A stretch of DNA of 10,148 bases from Candidatus Iainarchaeum sp. (GTDB lineage: Archaea; Iainarchaeota; Iainarchaeia; Iainarchaeales; CSSED10-239): NCBI GenBank assembly GCA_028700905.1, contig JAQVRT010000026.1, positions 1 through 10,148 on the forward strand, written 5' to 3'. Made by a program: the position numbers and the translations under genes. The notes beneath the pieces were generated by a model. That model saw nothing but the letters and a program-made list of their open reading frames with translations, was not told the DNA's origin and did not search any database. Positions within the stretch are counted from its first letter, which is position 1, and every line of letters starts with the position of its first letter. This document shows, one piece after another, positions 5,831 through 10,148 of this stretch.

Positions 5831-7972
5831 GTGAGTTTTATTAAAAAATATTTATTATTTTTTATAGTTTTTTTATTTTTAATTGGTATAATTTTATCTG
5901 TTTTTTTTATTAATTCTAAAATAGGATATGCAACAAAAAGTTTAAATTTAAATAATAAAACTGATAGTTTATCTGAATTTAAAATTCCTACAAAAGAATC
6001 TTTAGATAATAGTCTTATTTCACAAAGATTTACTGAAAATACTAAAATTATTTTTACACTAAATGAGCCAATAAATGCAATGGCAGTATCTGGAAATTTA
6101 ACTTTATTATCAAATGTAGGTTTAGTTAGAATTATACTTGTAGATAAAAATAATAAAGAATATTTAGTTTATGAAATGGATAGTTTATTAGCAAAAAATA
6201 ATAAATACATTAATTTTGAAAATATATGTGAAGAAACTTGTATTTTAGATCAGTCAATAACTCCTGTTGCAATTAAAATACAATTAGAAGATGCTATATT
6301 AAATATTTCAACAGTTAATACACTTTCTCAATCTAAATCATTTACAAAAATTAAAGATATTAAAAATTATAAACAACAAATGTTAAGATCACAAGATCAA
6401 GCTAAGATAGAAAAATATAACTTTTCTCAAGACAGTTGGATTGCAGGAGAAACTTCTGTTTCAAGTTTATCTTATGAAGAGCAAAAAAAATTATTTAAAA
6501 ATCAAGATGGTGTTATTCCTGAATATCTTCCAAATCTTCAAGGTTTTTTAAATTACAAAGGTGGAATATTTGTTTTAGCAGAAACAAATAAAGATAATTT
6601 AAAATCTACCATTCCAGAAATTTCTGAAGAACCTGATTTAATTCTTCCAAATTCTTGGGATTGGAGAAATGTACACGGAGAGAATTGGTTGACCTCTGTA
6701 AAAGATCAAGGATCTGCTGGAACTTGTTGGGCTCATTCAAATGTAGGGACATTAGAATCTCAGATAAACCTCTATTACAATCAACACATCAATTTAGATT
6801 TATCTGAACAAATGCTAGTTGATTGTCTAAATGAAGGCCCAATCGAGGAGTTAAGTCAAATACGTCCAGAATGTAGCGGAGAAAATAGCTGTTATCCAGG
6901 AAGTCATTATTGTGACATAATATATGAAGGTATTGCAGATGAAGCTTGTGATCCTTATGTTCAAAGAGAATTTACATATAATCCTAGTGTTTGTGATTAT
7001 AATCATATTTGTAATGATTGGAGTTTAAGGAGTTGGAAAATTTCTGATTTTCACGATTATAAATTTGGTCATGATTATGGAACACCTAATTGTCAAAAAC
7101 AAACAATGGATACAACAGAAGAAGAATTTAAAAGAGTTTTGATAGAAAAAGGGCCTCTGTATAGTGCAATAAGATCTTGGAATCATGCAATGATATTGGT
7201 TGGTTATAATAATGTAGGAGATTGGAATGGTATAGAATTTTGCTCTAGTATTTATTCATATCCATATGGGAGTTTTTGTTCTGGGAGTAGTTGTTTAGAA
7301 AGAGATTGTTCAATTTATTCTATTGGGGATGAGATTAAAACCTGTGGTTTAATTGAAAAATTAGATTTATCTTTTCAATCAGATATAAGAACATATACTT
7401 GTACTAATACTTCTTATGGTAAATTATGGGTGTATTCTGATACTGAATATTGTGATGAAAATGAAATATGTGTTGATAATAGTTGTCAAAACATTAGTGA
7501 AATAGAACCTGGATATCAGATTTGTAAAAATCTTAATCCATCTGATACTTCTTATTTTTATTATTTATCTGAAGTTAGTGAATATACTCCCGGGAATGGA
7601 GATGTTATTTGGATTTTTAAAAATAGTTGGGGGGAAGATTGGGGAGAAGAAGGTTATGTGATGATATCAGTTAGTCTACAAAATCTAGGTTATGGTTCAA
7701 TACCTCTAGGTCCATTTACTCCTCCTGAAAATACCGCTTATTGGCCAGAAGGTTTTGATAATACTATTAATTGTGAAGACATAGATGGTGATAAATACTG
7801 TAATTGGGGAATATCTGAAGAAAAACCAAGTACTTGTCCTTCTTTTTGTAAAGAAGAAAAAGATTGTGATGATTCTAATCCAAATATTTTTGGTTTTATT
7901 TCTGAAACAAATTTAAATTGTAGAAAGAATATTAATATAAGTATTATTTATGACCAAAACTTACAAAGATAA
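5831..7972 (+). CDS. Membrane-anchored/secreted papain-family (MEROPS C1) cysteine peptidase with a large Cys-rich insert and a Cys-rich C-terminal extension
   Basis: ORF track. N-terminal hydrophobic anchor LLFFIVFLFLIGIILSVFFI. Canonical C1 motifs are present. LPNSWDWRNVHGENWLTSVKDQGSAGTCWAHS carries the oxyanion Gln293 and catalytic Cys299 (tgt 6725-6727). NHAMILVGYN carries His452 (cat 7184-7186). IFKNSWGEDWGEEGY carries Asn598 (aat 7622-7624). The start is uncertain: GTG 5831 overlaps a gaggtg (5828-5833) identical to the SD of gene 9690, so either GTG is used on a leaderless or short-leader mRNA, or in-frame ATT 5840 is the start. Confidence 0.85.
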   Translation: MSFIKKYLLFFIVFLFLIGIILSVFFINSKIGYATKSLNLNNKTDSLSEFKIPTKESLDNSLISQRFTENTKIIFTLNEPINAMAVSGNLTLLSNVGLVRIILVDKNNKEYLVYEMDSLLAKNNKYINFENICEETCILDQSITPVAIKIQLEDAILNISTVNTLSQSKSFTKIKDIKNYKQQMLRSQDQAKIEKYNFSQDSWIAGETSVSSLSYEEQKKLFKNQDGVIPEYLPNLQGFLNYKGGIFVLAETNKDNLKSTIPEISEEPDLILPNSWDWRNVHGENWLTSVKDQGSAGTCWAHSNVGTLESQINLYYNQHINLDLSEQMLVDCLNEGPIEELSQIRPECSGENSCYPGSHYCDIIYEGIADEACDPYVQREFTYNPSVCDYNHICNDWSLRSWKISDFHDYKFGHDYGTPNCQKQTMDTTEEEFKRVLIEKGPLYSAIRSWNHAMILVGYNNVGDWNGIEFCSSIYSYPYGSFCSGSSCLERDCSIYSIGDEIKTCGLIEKLDLSFQSDIRTYTCTNTSYGKLWVYSDTEYCDENEICVDNSCQNISEIEPGYQICKNLNPSDTSYFYYLSEVSEYTPGNGDVIWIFKNSWGEDWGEEGYVMISVSLQNLGYGSIPLGPFTPPENTAYWPEGFDNTINCEDIDGDKYCNWGISEEKPSTCPSFCKEEKDCDDSNPNIFGFISETNLNCRKNINISIIYDQNLQR

Positions 7973-7989
7973 ATGCACTTAATTTAATA

Positions 7990-8037
7990 AAGCTAGAGTC
8001 TCACGACTACACGGGTTCGAATCCCGTCCTCTGCGCT
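7990..8037 (+). repeat. Orphan 3' half of tRNA-Ser(GCT), exact copy of 5595-5642; putative attR
   Basis: It starts exactly at tRNA position 37, the first base after the anticodon, and runs through the variable arm, T arm, acceptor 3' strand, discriminator and 2 trailer nt. No 5' half is adjacent; the upstream sequence is the protease stop plus AT-rich DNA. Confidence 0.9.
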
Positions 8038-8161
8038 AACCGGTTTCGCTCGGTTAACGCGCAATAGTCCTTTTAAGAAAAGTGCTTCAAAGAAAAAAGA
8101 ACTGGTTTTGGTCAGTTGACACCCAATAGTCCTTTTAAGAAAAGTGCTTTAAAGAAAAAAG
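8038..8161 (+). repeat. Tandem repeat, 2 x 62 bp (8038-8099, 8100-8161), homologous in its 5' part to the trailer of the intact tRNA-Ser (5645-5668)
   Basis: Hand alignment gives 54/62 identities with no gaps. Seven of the eight differences fall in the first 24 nt. Each unit begins with a hairpin: aaccg-gtttcgct-cggtt in the first and aactg-gttttggt-cagtt in the second. The only stem difference is a compensatory C-G to T-A change. The last 38 nt (caatagtccttttaagaaaagtgctt[c/t]aaagaaaaaag) differ at one position. Confidence 0.85.
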
Positions 8162-8189
8162 AAGGTTATTTTAATAATTAATTCTTTTA

Positions 8190-8215
8190 GGAAAGAAATT
8201 TTGTTCTTCCTTTCC
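8190..8215. terminator. Hairpin (ggaaag ... ctttcc, 6-bp stem, 14-nt loop) in the convergent intergenic region, flanked by T/A runs
   Basis: Inverted repeat seen by eye. A6 at 8242-8247 gives T6 on the minus strand right after the stop of gene 8251..8736. Function as a terminator is a guess. Confidence 0.25.
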
Positions 8216-8250
8216 CAAAGATTATTCTTTTCTATTTTTTTAAAAAAGAT

Positions 8251-8736
8251 TTAACAAATACCTTCTTTAACTATAGGTATTTCTCCTGCAACACATGGGT
8301 TTGAATAGGTTATTCCATTTTCTCCACATACAGGGTTATATTCTTTTGTACAAACTTTATCTTCAAAGATATATTCTCCTTTAAGGCATTCTCCTCTGTA
8401 AAACATCCATTCTTCACACTCTGAATTATCTTTAAAGACACAAACTCCATATTCTCCTTTGTCTGTGTTTCTTATATCTAAAGTTCCTTCATTTTCTATA
8501 CAGAAAGTAGATGCTGGATTTGCAACTTCTAAGTTTTCACATTCTCCTATATGTAAGATTTCTGCCTTTTGTGCATCAGCCATACATTGATTACCATAAG
8601 TAACACCATCTGTTCCACAAACAGGCATGTATTCCATAGTACATGCAACATTTTCAGTTTCTTTGTTTAATACTATAAATGTTGTTATTATTCCTATTAT
8701 TAGTATTATTCCAATTATATAATATATTTTTTTCAT
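8251..8736 (-). CDS. Membrane-anchored Kazal - DUF333 - Kazal protein (putative serine-protease inhibitor)
   Basis: ORF track. N-terminal anchor [20 protein letters not shown]. Residues 32-66, [35 protein letters not shown], and 129-161, [33 protein letters not shown], match the Kazal core (compare ovomucoid third domain [20 protein letters not shown]). Residues 72-117, [46 protein letters not shown], match the DUF333/COG3042 pattern (NPAS..C...G......G..G.C.F.D.S.C.EW...RGEC). SD aaggtg lies 10 nt upstream on the minus strand. Confidence 0.75.
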   Translation of the reverse strand: MKKIYYIIGIILIIGIITTFIVLNKETENVACTMEYMPVCGTDGVTYGNQCMADAQKAEILHIGECENLEVANPASTFCIENEGTLDIRNTDKGEYGVCVFKDNSECEEWMFYRGECLKGEYIFEDKVCTKEYNPVCGENGITYSNPCVAGEIPIVKEGIC

Positions 8737-8810
8737 ATTGTTTTTTCACCTTTATATTTTTTTAAATAAATATATATGCAAATAATACTTTATAAATAGA
8801 AATTTATTAA

Positions 8811-8831
8811 AAGGTTTTTTCCTTATTATTT
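8811..8831 (+). repeat. Copy 1 of the 21-bp motif aaggttttttccttattattt (divergent promoter region, 7 nt upstream of a TATA-like tttataaa at 8839-8846)
   Basis: Exact match to 9599-9619, found by eye. Confidence 0.7.
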
Positions 8832-8926
8832 TTGTATATTTATAAATATATAGTATCTAAGATATATCTGTTAATTTAAATAATTAAGTTATTTTAAATT
8901 TATAAAAAAAAAGAGGTATTAAATTT

Positions 8927-9559
8927 ATGAAAAAAATATATAGAACGTTACTAATAATTCTTGGAATTTTAATACTTTTAGGAGGAATATATGCTGTTGT
9001 TCTTCCTATCTTAAACCCACCAGTTGCAAGAAAACCAGCAGTCTACCTATATCCTTTACAAGATTCTTTTATTTCTGTTAATTTAGAAGTTAATGGTAAG
9101 ATTATAGAATCAATTCCAGATTATAAAGAAGGTTGGAATGTTTTTGTAACTAAAGAAGGTATTATTGAAAATAATTTAGATTATTTATTTTATGAAGCAA
9201 AGTTAAATAAATTAACAATTCCAAAAGAAGGTTTTGTAGTTTCTTCTTCTGATCTTGATTCTTGGTTTGATAAAAATCTTAAGGAAATGGGTTTAAATGA
9301 AAAAGAACTTTCTCAATTTAAGGAATATTGGATTTCTGAACTTAATGGTTCTAAGTATTATATTATAAAACTATTATCTGATGATTTTTTAACTCAAAAT
9401 ATGAATCTTTTAGTATCTCCAACTCCAGATACAATGATAAGATTAAATTTTTATTTTAAAGGTGTAGATAAAATTGTTAAGTTAGAAGAGCCTGTTATTA
9501 CAACCCCTGTAAGAAATGGTTTTACTGTTGTTGAATGGGGTGGAATCTTAGAGGAGTAA
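8927..9559 (+). CDS. Membrane-anchored hypothetical protein (single N-terminal TM helix, about 180-aa extracytoplasmic domain)
   Basis: ORF track. Anchor LLIILGILILLGGIYAVVLPIL. SD gaggt at 8913-8917 lies 9 nt before the ATG. A T-rich tract follows the stop. Motifs KPAVYLYP ... YLFYEA ... EWGG look like a conserved uncharacterised family that I cannot name. Confidence 0.6.
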   Translation: MKKIYRTLLIILGILILLGGIYAVVLPILNPPVARKPAVYLYPLQDSFISVNLEVNGKIIESIPDYKEGWNVFVTKEGIIENNLDYLFYEAKLNKLTIPKEGFVVSSSDLDSWFDKNLKEMGLNEKELSQFKEYWISELNGSKYYIIKLLSDDFLTQNMNLLVSPTPDTMIRLNFYFKGVDKIVKLEEPVITTPVRNGFTVVEWGGILEE

Positions 9560-9560
9560 T

Positions 9561-9580
9561 CCTCTTTTTTCTTTTTTTTT
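9561..9580 (+). terminator. Oligo-T tract after gene 8927..9559
   Basis: cctcttttttcttttttttt starts 2 nt after the TAA stop. Confidence 0.35.
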
Positions 9581-9598
9581 AATGAAAAAATATCCTTT

Positions 9599-9619
9599 AA
9601 GGTTTTTTCCTTATTATTT
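9599..9619 (+). repeat. Copy 2 of the 21-bp motif aaggttttttccttattattt (17 nt upstream of a TATA-like ttttatat at 9637-9644)
   Basis: Exact match to 8811-8831. Here taagg-tttttt-cctta can form a 5-bp hairpin. Confidence 0.7.
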
Positions 9620-9689
9620 ATTCCTCTTTTTAAATCTTTTTATATAATAATTAGTTAATTAAACTTATAGTTATGAGGTGATTTAAAAA

Positions 9690-10148
9690 ATGAGCTTTAA
9701 AGAACAATTAATAAGATTAAAAGAAAATTGGTTAATAATTCTTTTAGTTGTTGTTGCATTTTTAGTTTTAACTTTTTTAGTTTCAAATGGAACTAGTTAT
9801 TCTGCAAGAGATTCTTTTGCAATGAATGAGAGTGCCATGTATTCTAAATCTATGGAATATGCTGGTGGTTATGGTTTAAGCTATACTCAAGATTTTGCAC
9901 CAGAAGTTGAAGATAGAAAAATTACAAAAAATTCTAGTCTTTCTTTAGAAGTTAAAGGTGGAGAATTTACATTTGCAGATTCAAAAGTAAAGTCAATTGT
10001 TTCTTCTTCTGATTCAATAGTTTTAAATGAAAGCTTAAATACAAGAAAAAATGGTAATAAAGAAGAATTTTATGCATCTTACTCTATTAAAGTTGAATCT
10101 TCAAAACTTGATTCTGTAGTTTCTCAATTAAGAGAGATAGGTAAAGTT
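9690..10148 (+). CDS. DUF4349-like membrane-anchored protein, N-terminal 153 codons; 3' end outside the window
   Basis: Absent from the track because there is no stop in the window. ATG 9690 is preceded by gaggtg (9675-9680) with a 9-nt spacer, and the frame is open to the window end. Hand translation: MSFKEQLIRLKENWLIILLVVVAFLVLTFLVSNGTSYSARDSF...RKITKNSSLSLEVKGGEFTFADSKVKSIVSSSDSIVLNESL...FYASYSIKVESSKLDSVVSQLREIGKV. The pattern R-K-I-x-K-x-x-x-L-x-L-x-V followed by ...V....fd.....l...G.v is typical of the start of DUF4349 proteins. Confidence 0.55.
   Translation, partial: MSFKEQLIRLKENWLIILLVVVAFLVLTFLVSNGTSYSARDSFAMNESAMYSKSMEYAGGYGLSYTQDFAPEVEDRKITKNSSLSLEVKGGEFTFADSKVKSIVSSSDSIVLNESLNTRKNGNKEEFYASYSIKVESSKLDSVVSQLREIGKV

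Larger units (their letters stand above)
5595..8037 (+). mobile_element. Putative integrase-less islet inserted in tRNA-Ser(GCT), carrying only the C1 peptidase gene
   Basis: A direct repeat of the tRNA 3' half at both ends is the classical footprint of tRNA-targeted integration. The interior holds 188 bp of AT-rich spacer plus one ORF. No recombinase gene is present, so mobility is inferred from the footprint only. Confidence 0.4.

Noticed and set aside
6661-6900. Elevated G+C in the peptidase catalytic core as evidence of foreign origin
   Set aside because: Hand counts give 26/60, 21/60, 20/60 and 25/60 G+C for the four 60-nt lines from 6661. This compares with 8/60 at 481-540 and 15/60 at 3001-3060. 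However, an unrelated gene reaches 24/60 at 9001-9060, and the N-terminal part of the peptidase gene is only 11/60 at 5881-5940. The variation tracks protein type (TM versus soluble conserved domains), so it is not usable as an HGT signal without a proper genome-wide analysis.
5643-7989. Search for an integrase, excisionase or other mobility gene inside the repeat-bounded segment
   Set aside because: None found. The only long ORF is clearly a C1 peptidase, and the two spacers (5643-5830, 7973-7989) contain only ORFs of about 10-12 codons. The segment is therefore called a putative islet or cassette with low confidence, not a bona fide mobile element.
7990-8037. Orphan tRNA-Ser 3' half as a functional split-tRNA half gene (Nanoarchaeum/Caldivirga style), since it starts exactly after the anticodon
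   Set aside because: Not favoured. Known split-tRNA 3' halves carry a GC-rich leader that pairs with the 5' half transcript to form a bulge-helix-bulge. Here the upstream sequence is the protease stop codon plus AT-rich DNA with no such leader and no convincing TATA box at about -25. The split point would also be 36/37 rather than the usual 37/38. It cannot be fully excluded without the rest of the genome, so it stays as the alternative in the main finding.
8038-8161. Tandem 62-bp repeat as a CRISPR array
   Set aside because: There are only two directly abutting copies with no spacers, the units are 62 bp, and no cas genes are in the window.
5831-8736. C1 peptidase and the convergent Kazal protein as a cognate protease/inhibitor pair
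   Set aside because: Kazal domains inhibit serine proteases through a substrate-like loop, while the neighbour is a papain-family cysteine peptidase. The genes are convergent, are separated by the tRNA fragment and repeats, and only one of them lies inside the repeat-bounded segment. Adjacency alone does not support a functional pair.
8860-8900. Perfect 10-bp palindrome agatatatct (8860-8869) and the nearby AT-only inverted repeat taatttaaataa/ttattttaaatt in the divergent promoter region
   Set aside because: Both are short and almost pure A/T. Such palindromes are expected by chance at this composition, and nothing else supports a function.
9582-9647. 21-codon ORF (MKKYPLRFFPYYLFLFLNLFI) covering the second copy of the 21-bp motif, as a possible conserved micropeptide
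   Set aside because: At the first motif copy (8811-8831) the same reading frame has an upstream stop (taa 8782-8784) and no start codon. The repeat is therefore conserved at the DNA level, not as a coding sequence.

Overview
Very AT-rich, densely coding window with 10 CDS (9 on +, 1 on -) and 2 tRNA genes. It looks most like a small-genome archaeon of the DPANN type. Supporting this are a FlaI/TadA-like ATPase with a split TadB/TadC-like platform, a COG2512-style membrane-tethered wHTH protein, TATA-like boxes about 25 nt upstream of both tRNAs, and tRNAs without encoded CCA. A CPR-like bacterial origin cannot be excluded from the sequence alone. Order, left to right: 3' end of a secretion-family ATPase; two T2SSF-type membrane proteins; DedA; tRNA-Asp(GTC); an orphan secreted 515-aa protein; a signal-peptide/TM/wHTH protein; tRNA-Ser(GCT); a 713-aa membrane-anchored papain-family (C1) cysteine peptidase; an orphan exact copy of the 3' half of tRNA-Ser; a 2 x 62-bp tandem repeat; a minus-strand Kazal-DUF333-Kazal protein; a membrane-anchored hypothetical protein; and the 5' part of a DUF4349-like protein. 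Nine of the ten CDS encode membrane or secreted proteins. The strongest signal is a perfect 48-bp direct repeat (5595-5642 = 7990-8037). It runs from tRNA-Ser position 37 to just past the 3' end and brackets a 2.4-kb segment holding only the protease gene and no integrase. This is an attL/attR-like footprint around a one-gene cassette. The protease has an intact Gln/Cys/His/Asn active site, but a Cys-rich insert of about 127 aa sits between the catalytic His and Asn. Secondary signals are conserved hairpin-containing tRNA-trailer-like repeats 3' of the orphan tRNA half, an unusual double-Kazal/DUF333 fusion with different predicted P1 residues, a membrane-tethered transcription factor next to an orphan secreted protein, and a 21-bp motif shared by two promoter regions. 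All domain calls come from motif recognition by eye; no searches were run.
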